Shown piece after piece: positions 1-14,489 of a DNA stretch of 64,000 nucleotides (position 1 is the first letter of the stretch; each line of letters opens with the position of its first letter). The stretch comes from Nemertoderma westbladi (taxonomy: Eukaryota > Animalia > Xenacoelomorpha). The notes below the pieces were generated by a model. The model saw only the letters and a program-made list of their open reading frames with translations. It did no database searches and was not told where the DNA came from. Where the stretch lies: assembly GCA_032718475.1 (NCBI GenBank), contig JAUCBJ010003676.1, positions 62,001-126,000 on the forward strand, written 5' to 3'. A program made the translations under genes and the position numbers.

Positions 1-344
1 CCCGGATCAGAAACCTCTCTCATGGTGAATCTCCCAATACCACTGTCAAAAGTGATTTGCATCGTCCAGATCTCTAAAGATAGATGCACAATCGGGTGTG
101 ACCCGTTGTTGATATCTCCACTCAGGTTGGAGGGAGTATGCCATTGCGATAATGCTGCATGTGACTCTTCCTTCGCCATCTCAGTCAGATGGTCATATTT
201 CTTAAAAATTAAACATACTCATGTGTTATAATTCATTTAGCAGTTCTAGGTGAATGTGAATAAGACCTAATTTTTTCCATTAAGTGATAATGAGTGTTAA
301 TTAATCACCCTGCTTTCATTCATTGCTACTTAACGTTGTTTTAG

Positions 345-506
<162 letters not shown>

Positions 507-1585
507 ACGTTGCATAAACAGAATGTCTGGTGAATATTTCGTGTGGTGATGGAGAAATGTAATCGAGCTCTAGGGAAATTATGTAATTCATAATAATTAG
601 TATAATATCGAGAAAAATTAATAAAAAAATCACTTGAACCAAAAACACAGTTTAGTACTTTGATCTTGTGATATATAAGTAATTTAATTATTTTAACTTA
701 CATCAATATATGTTAACATTGTTGTATATAAATAATATTGTTTAATTTGTCACGTAAGTTATTTAGTATCATTTCTGTCAGTAAATTGTGTAGAGATCCT
801 ACTTTCCACTTCTGAACAAAACCATTTACATTACACATTTCCTACCATGGCATAGTGGTTAAATTATTTTTCTTTAAACTATATCTCTCCAGAGTTTGAC
901 GTTACTCAAACTCTTTTTCAAACTCTTTTATCAAACTCTCGGTCAAATTTTTTACGATACCATAAAGAGACAACCCAGGGCACATCACAGCCTTGCATCC
1001 TTAAAGAAGGCACAAGCCAGATGCATTGTAGCTTGTCAGACTTCGACTGGATAAAAAATAGGAAAGATGTAACAACTTTGCCTTTTATCTTTTCCATTTA
1101 TACTCAAAGTGTCATGGATGGCTTATTAACAGCGGGGTTCTGGTTTAACCTGCACCAGCTGTGTTAAATATATGATATGATGATGATATCCACCTCATGG
1201 GAAATGATGGAGAAAGATATGTTAATCTGAAATATAAATCTTTTGATCAATATTCTATTATTTTCACACTCGGTTATCTAAATCCGAGTGGTAGGTACAT
1301 CACATTTGTAATTGTTGTAATCCCAGGTTCTTCAGCTTTGGGGATTTATTGGTCAAGGTCAAAGTCAACCTCAGGTACATAAAATGGGGGATTGTCTGAG
1401 TATAGAAGGAGTATAAACATTTTTCATTAAAAATCCTGAGGGGTCTCTTAATCGTCGGGCGGGTCATATGTATTGTATATCACACTGTATTATATATAAT
1501 TTGACATTTGCAGTCTATAATAAGAAGTATATTAAATTAAGTTTATTGAATTATGCAACACTGCCAATTAAGGCGACACTGAATA

Positions 1586-3077
1586 CACCATGTCCCAGAA
1601 TATAGTGTCGTAATTCAGTGACACCCCCCCCCCCCCCCCCCCTAATTTTTCTACAAATCTTGATGAGATTGCATGACATTTGAAACTGAGATAGTTTCAC
1701 CTCCCGACCTCTGACTGGGTGAGCCAGAATTTTTATTTTTGCTTTCAATCTTTAGCTACAAGCGTTTAAAAAAAAGTGTCTCCAGCAATATTACACCAGT
1801 TACACCGCAGTTATTCTTGTACCGTATAACTGTTTGATGGCACCAATCTAAAGCTGGTCATACAAGGATTCTAAATATGTAACACAATTTGAATTTCGTT
1901 GAAAAATAGCTGAGATATGAGCGTTCAAATGTTGCATGGTTATGATCCGGCGTGAGGCATTTTTATTCTATTTAATAAATGGTGATTGTATTAATATGTG
2001 CTTAGGACAAGACATTTGACATGCACATTACCGGGTAGTACTATTCCATATACTATAGGCCTACTAATAGCAGATTCTGCTCAGTTTGTTGAGGATTGCT
2101 ATTGCCTTGTGCATCTTTTTGAGTCGTGCAAGCCGGGAATCTCCTGTCACCGGTGCAGCCCAGGAACAATCGGACAATAGATGGTCTGGTGAGCATGCTG
2201 CCGCTCTGCAGAGTTTACAGACACAGGTCAGCTTTGGTCTCCAACAGCGCGAGTCAAAACAGAGCAGATGGTGATGCCCGTTCCGCAGAATTCGTGTGCC
2301 ACGAAGCGTCGACGAAAACCAGATAATCTGGTAAGAGTTAGATTCCGAGGGTCACAGGATGTGTCTTCTATAGCATTTAAAATAGAAGTGGAAGACAAGA
2401 ACTTGCTAACTTTCGCAGGTGAGCTTGAATCAGTTGGCTGTCCTTATCTAAGTTGAAAACCTCCACTCCGTATACTGTAATGCAGAAGGAATGATCACAA
2501 GTTGGTACAGGCGCATCGCTGACGACAGTGAGACCATTTGCAGGTCTACTTTGATGGATAGACTGACGGCGGCAGCAATGGCCTTACTGTAGCGATGTTT
2601 TAGGTGTCCAGAATTCGAGTTAAATGCAGTTAGTACAATACCAAGGTATTTGAAACTGGAAACTAATTTGATTTGCTTGTTGTTATATGTAAGCTTGCCA
2701 GCAGTAGCCAATCGGCCACCATGGTGGATCTTCACAGCCTCCATCTTTGCAATGTTGACAGACATCGACTTATTTCTACAGTTTGATGACAGTCTATTAA
2801 GTGTGTCCCGTGTTTGCTCGATGGTATCAGCCACTATCACTAGATCGTAAGCATACATGAGCACTATCACTCCCGTAGAAATCAACGCAGCGTGGCGATC
2901 AGCGACAAAAAGTGCGAATAAATGAGGGGACATTTTGTCACCCTGAAGGACACTAATCTATTTAATAAATGCATCATAATCTGGAATATTTGGAATAAAA
3001 GCAAAAATAAAAATTCTGGCTCAACCAGTCAGTGGTCGGGAGGTGAAACTATCTCCGTTTCAAATTTCATGCAATCT
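1586..3077. mobile_element. Long-TIR MITE copy 1 (TA-flanked, Tc1/mariner-like end), interrupted by a LINE, right arm truncated
   Basis: TA|CACCATGTCCCAGAATATAGTGTCG start; ~400 bp matches 3082-3480 directly and ~39970-40365 inverted; partial inverted arm at ~2997-3077. Confidence 0.75.
1981..2956 (-). mobile_element. 5'-truncated non-LTR retrotransposon (LINE) ORF2 fragment with 14-bp TSD
   Basis: Minus strand encodes VLQGDKMSPHLF, YAYDL (decayed YADD), FKYLG and a C-terminal knuckle CKLC-x7-H-x4-C; flanked by TCTATTTAATAAAT at 1967-1980 and 2957-2970; empty site visible near 3460-3490. Confidence 0.85.
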
Positions 3078-3081
3078 GCAA

Positions 3082-3532
3082 TACCATGTCCCAGAATATA
3101 GTGTCGTAATTCAGTGACACCCCCCCCCCCCCCCCTTAATTTTTCTACAAATCTTAATGAGATTGCATGAAATTTGAAACAAAGAGAGTTTCACCTTCCG
3201 ACCACTGACTGGGTGAGCTAGATTTTTTATTTTTGCTTTCAATCTTTAGCTACAAGCGTTTAAAAAAAGTGTCTCCGGTGATACTTCACCAGTTACACTC
3301 CAGTTATTCTTCTACCTTATAGATGTTTGTTGGTACAAATGGAAAGCTGGCCATGCAAGGATTTCAAATATGTACCACAATTTGAATTTCGTTGAAAAAT
3401 AGCTAAGATATGGGCGTTCAAATGTTGCATGGTTTAGCACCGGCGCGAGGCTGTTTTATTATATTTAATAAATGCATCATAATCTGGAATATTTTGTTTA
3501 TCCAAATACGTAACTGGGCAACAATGCATTAC
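3082..3532. mobile_element. MITE copy 2, left arm (pairs with 39915-40365)
   Basis: ~430-bp inverted match to the arm ending at 40365; the Sola element sits at the centre. Confidence 0.8.
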
Positions 3533-4904
3533 ATCTGAAGCCCTCGGGGCAACAACATGTATGTTATGTACAAAAATGACAATTTGAGTAAATCGACTTT
3601 AAAGATTTTTTTTTATAAGATTTTTATATTCTACTTTTCACAATGACTATGGACCTGATATTACTATGTAATGCATATAATAGGTTATTAAACAATCATA
3701 GCTCACTATTTAGATCATTCATTCAATTAATTAGAAGATAATGCCATTTGTTTGTACATAACTTTTTGTTGCTCCAAAGATTCAGGACAACATTATGTTA
3801 TGTGAACAGAAACATTATGTCAAACTCATTGAGGGATAAAGAACGAAGTTTAATAATTCGAATTTAATGTAACAATCTTTGGCAGAAGTGTGTGGAATTG
3901 CTTAACAAATGTTCTGTAACCTAATATGCACACAAGATGGCGTGTAAGAAGATATAAGGCATTTTTTATCACTTTAGATGTTAAAAAGATTCTTCTTTGC
4001 ATTGAAGAGGGTTTCCACTTTCCAGTCTCAGTGGATAGATAGCATCTTTCAATATGCTAAAATTGTGCTGACCATGAGATCTTGTGGTGCTATGTTACCA
4101 GTGCTAACCGATCATCATCATTATCATCAGAACAAAATTATGTAAAATTCACTAAGCTAGTCTGTATTATATTGTTCAAATAAGACACTTTTAAATTTAA
4201 ATACAGTTTACCGATTACTTTTTTTTACCGATTAATACAGATTACCGATACAGTTTTACTCAGTTTTGATAAAATTACACAAACATGTATAAAATAAATG
4301 GGAGGATTAGTCAATTCTCCAGTAGTACAGTATACGTTGGTGTTAGTTTAGGTGCTTAGTCTATATCAGTATTATCACTCGAAGAGTTGCATTCAATCAA
4401 ATCAATGTAAAATCCGCGATGTGTGCGAGGAACGTATTCGAGCTGAGTTTTCAGGTCTGCTAACTTCTTCGGGTTCACACCATTTCGAGGCTGTTTCCTC
4501 CATCTGGTTTCACTGTCTATTAGTAGTGTTGTTGGTACTTATTTTCCCATTAGACGTTGCTGTTTAGCCTATTATTTGTACTTGTTGATCTACATTTTGG
4601 TAACGTATACCGTTATCTCACTTATTCGTACAAATTTAGCCGGTAGGCTAGATTACTACTTATTTTATTATATACCTTGTTAGTTTTATTCGTACCGGTT
4701 AGGGTATATATATACTATATATATATATCAAGGTAAGTTTGACATTTGTACATTTCGACATTTTGACATTTCGACATTCTGACTTGTTGATTTATTTGTA
4801 CCGGTTAGGGTATATATATACTATATATACCAAGGTAAGTTTGACACTTCAACATTCAGACACTTTGACATTTTATTACCCGTACTTGACGTATATAATA
4901 AGAC

Positions 4905-7900
4905 ATGAGTGACACACCCCATTCGACGAGATACCCACCTACCGACTATGACTCGTGCGACCCGGACAGATCGACAGTAGACGAACCGAGAAGGAGAACC
5001 CGAGATTCCACCGATGTCACACCGCTTGCGTCGCCGGTACCCCGAACGGAAATACCGGAAGCCGCAACGCGTGGCGATGGCAGAATCGAAGATTTCCTTA
5101 CCGTCCCGCAGACTAGATCGCGGGAACCGGACATGGTAAGTTCGACTGGAAGCCAGGAGAACGTTATTAGAAGTATAGGAGGACACATGGCCCAGATTAC
5201 TCGGAACCTTGGAGAAGGTTTTCGCGTTTTACGTGAGTTAACCGCCCCGATGTCGAGATACGAGTTCTACACCTTACAGGTAAGGATAGAAAGTAGGGTA
5301 CATGCCTCCGTAGATAAACTTAAAGGTTTAAACGAACTTGCAGAGTTGCGTGGCGACAACTTTACTCAGGTAAAGATAGTAGATAAATTAGTAAGTGCGA
5401 GAGAAAGCATTATCCAGTTTAAGTCAGTAATAAGATTGGCTCAACAGGAGCAGTTTGACCAACTGCTAGGTGAGTCAGTTTCGGACGCGTTGTTACAACC
5501 CGAAGAGGAAGAAGAACTCTACTGCCTGGACGGAAGGTTGGAAACGCTTACCAATTTTCTTCGTAGATGCGGCGTACCGATCGACGAACCGGAAGTCGAA
5601 CCGCGAGGGACAACGGAAGTTCTCACTACGGAAGGCTCAAAAGCCTACCAGCATCCACCTCTGGATAGATCGTTCGTTAGCGTACGGAGCGACGTTGGCA
5701 ACGTTGGCGACGTTAGTAGAACAGCGTCTGTAATTACTCGACAACAACAGGAGGTTGCACGCCGACAACAAGTCGCCGAGGAAGAAGCGCAACACCAGAT
5801 GGCACAGATCGCCATCGAAGGAGAGAAACAACATAGAGAGGACGAGGCAAGAATTGCGCAACTCAAGGCGCAAGCCGAATTCGAAGCTTCGGAAATGCGC
5901 AGACTGGAGGAGGACTTAGCGCGAGAAGCGGCGGCAGCAGCCGACGAGTTAGCACAGAAGAAAGCAGCATCCGACACTCGTGCCAAGTTGGAGGCGCGAC
6001 AAATAAACGCTCGATTAGCTATACAGGAAGCGGAGTTAGCGGCACAACAACAAGTAGCGGATCGACGTGAAAGGGAGATGCAACTACAGTTCGAACTAAA
6101 TCGTAGATCGCGCGAGACAGCGAACGCGCAAGCGGACCTCGAACTCGACGCGAGAGATAGATCTATAAGATCGCGAACTGGACACGACTTGTCTGCCCTG
6201 GATCGCATGGAAGCTCGTTATCGTGGAATACAGAAGCGAATCGAGGAACGAAGTGTGGGAGCGATAGATCGAGGAGAGGAGTTCGTCGAGGATTACTGTA
6301 AACGTTTTCCCCAAGTTATTCCTATGCTCAAACCCACGACTCCGATAAAACCGGTCTTCGTTACGAAACCTAAGGAAATAATGCCTGTGCGTTCGACGCA
6401 AGGCAACAGGTTTGTTGTGATGGAAATACCGCAACCTAGGGCGACTTCATCGCCAATTTTAGCAGGTAACATAACTAGTCCACCTACAGTAAGTCGTAGT
6501 CTACTTGTAGGAAGAGAGGAACCTGCGTTTATGACCATTAAACAGGTGAGTAAACCATTACAAGTTAAACCTGTGACGTGCTGTGCAAATCCAGTTATTT
6601 ACAGACCTACTACGAAACCCGACTATTTCACTCGACTGTTGACACAATGTTCGACGCAACCTACGACTTCGTGGAAGGCTTGCGAGCCTACCGAACTACG
6701 GATGAGGATGGATATGGGTAGTACCCACGGGATCGGACAACGTATAACGAGACCTACGACTTCGTGGAAGGCTTGCGAGCCTACCGAACAACGGAGAGCC
6801 GTAGATTCCGGACCACAACGGACGAGATCTAGAATAATACGTCGGACACGAACCCGCCAGCCACCTTATCCGGACGACAGTGACTCATCTAGCGACTCGG
6901 AGTCGACGGAACGGGAAATATTCCGTACTGGAGCGGCGGAGGATTACAAACGAGAGGAGAGGTCGACGAATCCATACATCGACAATCCACCTCGAGAAAC
7001 ACCCCAACAGAAACCCACGTTGAAACCAGCGGAAACGATCAGCGCTAAACAGTTCACCGAGATGACGGACAGAATAGCTCAACTCGAAGAACGACTCGAA
7101 GCGCAACCGTCGGATCGATCTCGAACCAGCGTGGAGTTGGAACAACCTAGACAACATCGACCACCGAGGAGAGAACAGGAGACTAGACGGACTCCGACAC
7201 ATCGAGAAGAAGATCCCATTAATAATTCCTACCGACGAACAACGCGCGGAAGGGAGCGACTGGACGACGCCACCGAACAGGGACGCGGACAGTTGGACTT
7301 AGTTAGCGAGATTGCGAAATTCGCGGCTAGACACGGATTAGCGGCACAGCAACCGCCGAAGTTCTCTGGCAACGCGAAACACTGGCGCACACTGGTAGAC
7401 TACGTAGAGTCCCAGATCGCTAAGTGTGCTTTCACCTCGACGGAGAAGTTTAATTACTTGCTACAAGTTCTGTCTGGTGAGCCGAAACGATTAGCGGAAA
7501 CCTTTATTGGAGTTCCCGATGCCTTTGAGTTGGCTTACGACCGTTTATATTCGATTTACGGAGGTAACGTAGCCATGGCTAAATCCATTATCGAAGACCT
7601 CTGCAGAGGAGGCAACATTTCGAAACCGATCGACCTTTTACGACTCGCGGACGAAATCAAGAACGCTATAGGGACTTTACGATCTATTGGACAACTCGAA
7701 TACGCTAACGCACCGACGGTTCTCATTCGAATAATCGGTCGACTTCACCATCGACTACGAAGAGAATGGCGACGCATCGAGTACCAGCGCGAAGAGGCCG
7801 GAGGGTTATTAAAACTCACCGATGTCTATCAACTGATTTCACGGGAGGCCGTGATCGAGACTCGATCGAACTATACTGATCACCACATCACGGCGGAAGG

Positions 7901-10900
7901 GATAGCTGTTTCTGCGCCGACTCGGACAAAACCGTTTCCGACGAACGCGAAAGCCGTTACTTACGCCACCCCTACTGAGACTTCTAAAGTTCTGACGCCT
8001 ATCGGCACCATGCAGCCACGACAACAGTTGCCGGCGGACTTTGTGGGATGCTCATACTGCAAGCGGAACGGCAGAAACCATAGCGGACATAAACTACGTA
8101 GATGTCGCGCTTTTAAAGAGTTAGGGATCGAGGAGAGGAGACTCCAAATCCAATCTCTAGATTCCTGTTGGAGATGTATGAAGCCAGGACACGTCCGGAA
8201 GGATTGCCCGAGCGACGATACATGTTCTCTGTGTGGACATAACCATGACGCGTTGCTTCACACAACCAGTCATACTCCGACCAGACGCTTTCGACGAGAG
8301 CATCCAGATAAAGCGGCTAGATGCGACGCGCTTTATAAGGAGCGTGCGCCGCACGAGATCCGTACCTTTTATACCGACTGTATGGATCAGTCAGGATCAT
8401 CGGACGAGGATGAGGAGGAAGACGACACTTTCTACGTGCATGCAGGTGAGGAACAGCCATCGATAACGCTCCTCACACAGAACCAATTGAAAGGGTTTAG
8501 CATGATTCCTATAAAGATTACCGGAACCCGAGGGAGCAAGCGTATATACGCCATCTTAGACTCTGCGTCATCGCATAGTTATGTCGACGAACAAGTAGCC
8601 GACGTAGTTACGGACATGAGTCAAGGTAAGACTGCTCAGTACACTGTAAGCAGCATGCATGGTAAGAGAGCGATCCCTGTGACAAGAGTAAAACTAACTT
8701 TAGACACTCTTCTTTCCAAAGTGGAACACAGCAAGGAGGAGCGCTCATTACTTCCGGTAAGAAATTTGACCTTTGCAGCCACGAAGGACTTTAGTAACTT
8801 GCTCGGCCCTGTGCCAGAGCAATCACCGGAAGATCGTAAGTATTTCCGACATCTTGGAATACCGGAATGTCCTGTTAATTATCGTTCCATTGCGATGTTA
8901 ATTGGGACAGACCAGTTTAACTTACATCAGGTATGGGAGACACGCCCATCTGTTATTACAGCGGGCAACCCCTACGCATGTAGAACTCCCATAGGTTGGT
9001 ATACTAGAGCACCAATACGTTCACTAGAGGTAAGTGACCAGGAGGACGACGTTTTGAGTACGTGTAGTTTATTGACTAACACGATAGATAATTCTCCTTC
9101 ACACTCCCGTGGTCCAATTGTACGGACAGCACTACGACAGACTTGCGTCACTAACGCAGACGCCACCGATACTGACGTAACCGATCTGGACACGACCATA
9201 CGGACCTCTGACTTACAACTACTTGCAGTAGACCAGGTTGTATTGACTACTGAAGACCAAAGGGTTGTTGCCGTGGATGACTCGATGAACGAGGATTTTG
9301 GAAGGCTTGCGAGCCTACCGAAAAATCCGAAGGTCATTGACCCCACCCACCAGGCTTCGACACCGGTCGTTGATCTTGGAAGGCTTGCGAGCCTACCGAT
9401 AGATCAAGAGGTTGTCAAACCGCCGCACGACGATTCGACGCCGACTAGTGACTCCGGAAGGCTTGCGAGCCTACCAGACGCATTGAAACTAGCCACCGCA
9501 GCGGACGAAGACGTGGATGAGGACCATGGCGCAGTGCAAGCAGCGCTTGACCGACTGCTGACTGAACGGACCATACAATGGTTGGAACAGGACTCAGCAG
9601 AACCCGGTAGTTACGAGACCGCTATGTCAGAACAGGAAAAACTGTCATTAAATATTATGAGAGATACCATTCGCCAGACCGCGAATGGCCACTATGAGGT
9701 TGGTATGTTGTGGCGCAATGGACAACCTAAGCTCGTTAACAATTACCCGCTTGCTTTGAGGCGACTCAAATCAATAAGGCAGCGATTGTTGCGAGACGAG
9801 ACGGCCCATATGCAATACAATGCACAACTTCAGACGTATCTCCAAAAGGGATACGCCATTAGGATGTTAAATCCCGAGGTAACCACAGACCAGACATATT
9901 ACCTGCCACATCATTTTGTTCGACACCCGGACAAACCTGGCAAGGTGCGTGTAGTCAACGACTGTGCTGCGCTTTACCAAGGGATGTCTATGAACAGCGA
10001 ACTGATGGATGGGCCGAATATGAATAATTACCTCATGGGAGTCCTAATGCGTTTTAGACAACGCAAAGTGGCTTTCACTTGTGACGTAGAGGCCATGTTT
10101 CACCAGGTTAAGGCTTTGGAGCGGGACAGGGACAGTTTGAGGTTTCTTTGGTATCCGGACGGAAACTTACAACTTCCGCCAGAAACTTACCAAATGCAGG
10201 TAAGAGTTTTTGGAGCCAGGGACAGCCCCAACTGCACCATGCACGCCTTAAAGCAGACAGCATTGGACAGACGAGACCAATTTGACCCAGAAGTAGTTCG
10301 GACCGTGGAACGAGATTTCTACGTGGATGACGGCCTCAAGAGTTGTGACACCTTGGAGCGCGCTACAACCATAGCACACCAACTCCAGGATTGTCTCGCT
10401 GAGGGCGGATTTCACCTGACGAAGTTCGCTTCCAACGAACCCGAACTGGTGAACTCATTTGACCCGACGGATCGTAGCGGAGGTGACTTAGACTTAGACT
10501 TAGAACCTCTGCCGACGACCAAAGTATTAGGACTTAGTTGGGACCCTAACACCGACAATTTTAGGGTACGTGTAAGGTCCAACGACCAGACTAGACCTCT
10601 CACTAAGAGGACTTGCTTATCGACCATGAGTCGATTGTATGACCCATTGTGTTTCATTAGTCCAGTGATCCTACATGCTAGAATCATACTCCGCAGCATT
10701 TGGCAAGCCGGACTGGAATGGGACGACCCCATCATCAGAAAAGTTAGCTGAGCGATGGAGGGACTGGGAAGCCCAACTGACGTTCCTACAAGACTATACC
10801 ATACCAAGGGTATACTTTCCTTTGCAAACCACCTTTCCTGCCGATTTAGAGCTTCACAGCTTTAGTGACGCTAGCAAGGATGGATTGGGGGTTACATTGT

Positions 10901-13755
10901 ACCTTAGACGACAAGTGACATCGGACAGCTACGATGTATCTCTCGTTACTTCAAGGGCTAGAACAATGCCATTGAAGTATATGACTGTACCTCGTGGGGA
11001 GCTGCAAGCCGGGACGATATCCACAGATATTGTCAGTCTAGTTCAACGCGAGCTGGAGGCTAACTTAAAGGTCACATATTGGACGGATGCGACGTTGGTA
11101 CTTTGGTACATAAACAACGAAGCATTTGAGTTCAAGACTTTCGTAGCCAACAGACGGGCTGAAATACTAGACCGGTCGCTCAAACAAGATTGGCGTCACT
11201 GTCCAGGGAAGCTGAACCCAGCTGACATCGCTTCACGGGGGATGCAACCGCTTGACTTTTGTAAACCGGACAATAAATCCTTTTGGTTTAGAGGACCCGA
11301 TTTCCTACAGCGACCATCAGACGAATGGCCACCGTTATTCGACGCGACAACCAACACCATACCAGAGGGTGCCAAGATAAAACTCGACAAGGTTGTCAAG
11401 TCTAAAGCGAAAGCCAACGCCAAGGTCAAGAGGAAAAAAGGACGGACGAAATCTGATGACCTGGACGCCAGACCTGACATTACGCCAGACGTCTCACCAG
11501 ACATTCGACCAGACGCTTGTACGAATCCTTCACCGGATGTTCCGCGGGAGATTTCACCAGACGTTTCGCGGGATTGTTCACCAGATTACTCGCCAGACTA
11601 TTCACCAGAAGAGACACTAGATTGTTCTCCGGATTGTTTGCCAGATTGTTTGTTGGAACTCTCGACAGAATGTCTACCGGACGTCTCACCAGACTTTCCA
11701 CCAGACATCTCGACAGACTGTCCACCAGGCTGTCTACCAGACTTTGAACTAGACTTTCTGACAGAAGTTACGCTAGACAGACTTTGGGACCGACGACAGG
11801 ACATTTCGCCGGATGTTCCGCGCTATGTCTCACCAGACGTCTCACCAGACTGTTCACCGGACGCTTCACCAGACTGTCTATTAGACACTCCATTAGAAGA
11901 CCCACTGGAGCGGACATTTAGAGACTTACCGAATTTGACTTCTTTGGACGACAAAGGTGTGGCCACAGCGATCACACTCCGCTCAAAGAAAGTACTTGAC
12001 TTACCACCTACAAGTAAACGTGTGACTAAGGTTAGGAAGCTAACAGGCTCACAGGAACACACTGACACTGTAGAGTTGAAACCATTACTGCCAGTCGACA
12101 CATTAGGTGCGGACGGCAAAGGTAAGACCGTAGAGATTGACGTAATTGGGGACTCAGACAAACCTACCGGAAGGCCCGTGGGCCTACCAAGTCCAGACAA
12201 GTATCCACACTACGACTACACCTTACCCGATGACGTCACCAACACTTACATTGACAGGATAGTGAACCTAACTAGATCATGGACTGACGCATGCCGCAAG
12301 TTAGCATGGCTCAAACGATTGAGACAATATGCCAGAGGCAAACGCGACTTTCCTAGAAGACTTACCTTAAAGGAAATTGGCCACTGTGAAGTTGATATCA
12401 TTAGACATTATCAATTGCGATATTTCGCACGAGAGTTCACAGCGATCAAACAAGGTAAACAGATTAAGTCTTCACCGATTTTGAGTTGGAGTCCGATTAT
12501 TTACCGGGGCTTACTTTGTCACAAGTCCAGACTCCAAAACATCGACTTTGCACTTGACTTTAGGTATCCTATCATCATACCGCAACACCATGAATTACAG
12601 CGCGCTATGATACTGGACGCACATGTACAACTCAAACACGTAGGTAGACACCACTGTCTATCACACTTACGCTCGAGGTTTGTACTGATTAGACCTAGTA
12701 AGGCACTGAGTTCGGTAACACGGAACTGTATTATTTGTAAGAAGGTGCACGCGAGGATAGGACACCAAGAAATGAGTGAACTACCACTAGCTAGATTACA
12801 GGCGTTTAGACCCCCTTTCACTGAGACAGGGATAGACTGTTTTGGACCCATAATCGCGAAACGCGGAAGGGTACAGGTAAAACGTTGGGGATTGATCTTC
12901 ACTTGTATGGCCAGCAGAGCTGTCCATATAGAGCGAGTGACAGACTTGACCACCAATGCCTTTATCCTAGCCTTACGGTGATTTATCGCTAGACGTGGAT
13001 TGGTCAAATCCATATACTGCGACCAAGGGACAAACTTTGTGGGTGCACGGAACGAAATAACCAGAGCTTTGAGAAAATTGGACCAAAACCAGATTTCCGA
13101 GGAACTACGTCCTCACTGTATTGTTTGGTTTTTCAATACTCCAGACAGTCCGTGGAGAGGCGGCGTTTGGGAAAGGCTGATTGGCTCAATAAAGACAGCT
13201 ATGGCTAAAGTCGTACCGACGCAACACATCTTGACAGACGACCAACTGACGACGTTACTAATTGAAATCGAAGCAATCTTAAATACTAGACCGATCGCTT
13301 TGATCCCAGACAATAACGACGTACAGTTTGCCTTGACACCAGCGCACCTGCTTATGCAGGCGCCGACGACACTGTTGCCCATTTCGGTACCCGTTGATAG
13401 TGACGGATACGGCAACAAGGCTTGGAAAATCACTCAATTACTTGCAAATAAATTCTGGGAAATATGGCAGAAATATTATTTGCCCTCTATTTCGACCAGA
13501 ACCTCTTGGTATCTAAATACCCGATGTTTAAGACGTGGTGACCATGTTTTATTGGCTGAAGCTAATCTGAAAAGACGGTTTTGGTTGACTGGAGTCATTT
13601 TGACCACGCACCCTACATCTGGTGTAGTAAGGACAGTTACTGTAAGGACTATCGACGGACGTACCGTAGATAGGCCTGTACAACGTCTCGTACTCCTTGA
13701 GGAGACTAGAAACAAGACGGGAGACTACAAATCTCCACCCAATATTAGTAAATAG
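4905..13755 (+). pseudogene. BEL-1 gag-pol polyprotein (frameshift near 10740, in-frame TGA at 12979-12981)
   Basis: Three BEL Gag knuckles (e.g. CWRCMKPGHVRKDC, CSLCGHNHDALLH), protease ILDSASS, RT YYLPHH/FYVDD, RNase H FSDAS/NPADIASRG, integrase HHCC, GIDCFGP, CDQGTNF, WERL. Confidence 0.93.
11460..11890 (+). repeat. Degenerate 12-bp (SPDx) tandem repeat in the BEL-1 RNase H-integrase linker
   Basis: Recurrent TCACCAGAC-type units encoding SPDV/SPDC/LPDC in frame. Confidence 0.8.
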
Positions 13756-14489
13756 ATGTGGGACCTTTGTTGGCCGCCACATAGACCTACTGTATTTTAG
13801 TTATTGGTATTTGTATTACTGTACGTGCATTTGTAATCCTCTTCACTGTAGATAGAGACAGCGGTGGAATTCCATTGTCTTTATACGTGAACATGGAGGG
13901 TAGTACCCTTATGTATCACATAGGAGCGGGATTGTGTGTACAGTAGGAATGGAATTCCACTTGGAACCCACAAGTGAGACAATTTTCAAAAATTATTAGA
14001 CAAATCCATTTATTTGGATTTAAATTTAAGAAAAACGATTCTCCAGTGAAAGCAAATTCTAGAATACAGCTAGATAAAAATTAAAATTGGGGAGGACAAG
14101 AGCGGATGGAAGGCTTGCGAGCCTACCGATAAATTTTTTTTGGAAAAAGAAAATCGGCCTTGTTCTACGTAGTCGTGTCTACTATTATTTAGACCAATTA
14201 ATTCTCGACTGCATTATTTTCTTTGGGAAGTAGCATGGGAAATTAAAAGGTGAGTATTTTAGACTCGCGGCTAGTTTACCCAGAATTCGTTTTTTATCGG
14301 CACATTTTTTGGATTAGGAGCCAGTGCGAAATCACGCGAACCCGAAATCATTAGGCAAAATGGGTTGGGGTTTAGAGCAGAGTTGAGCCAAAAGCCGACA
14401 AATTCTAAGTCACCTCACATCTAACCTCTATTTTGTGCTTCATCTAGTAGAAACGTAACGATATGTAACCACATATATATTCGTATACG

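Noticed and set aside
1-231. Open frames at the window start as protease exons
   Set aside because: No recognisable trypsin motifs or supported splice sites.
1551-1748. Similar small ORFs at 1551-1748 and 40207-40440
   Set aside because: Both lie in non-coding MITE inverted repeats.
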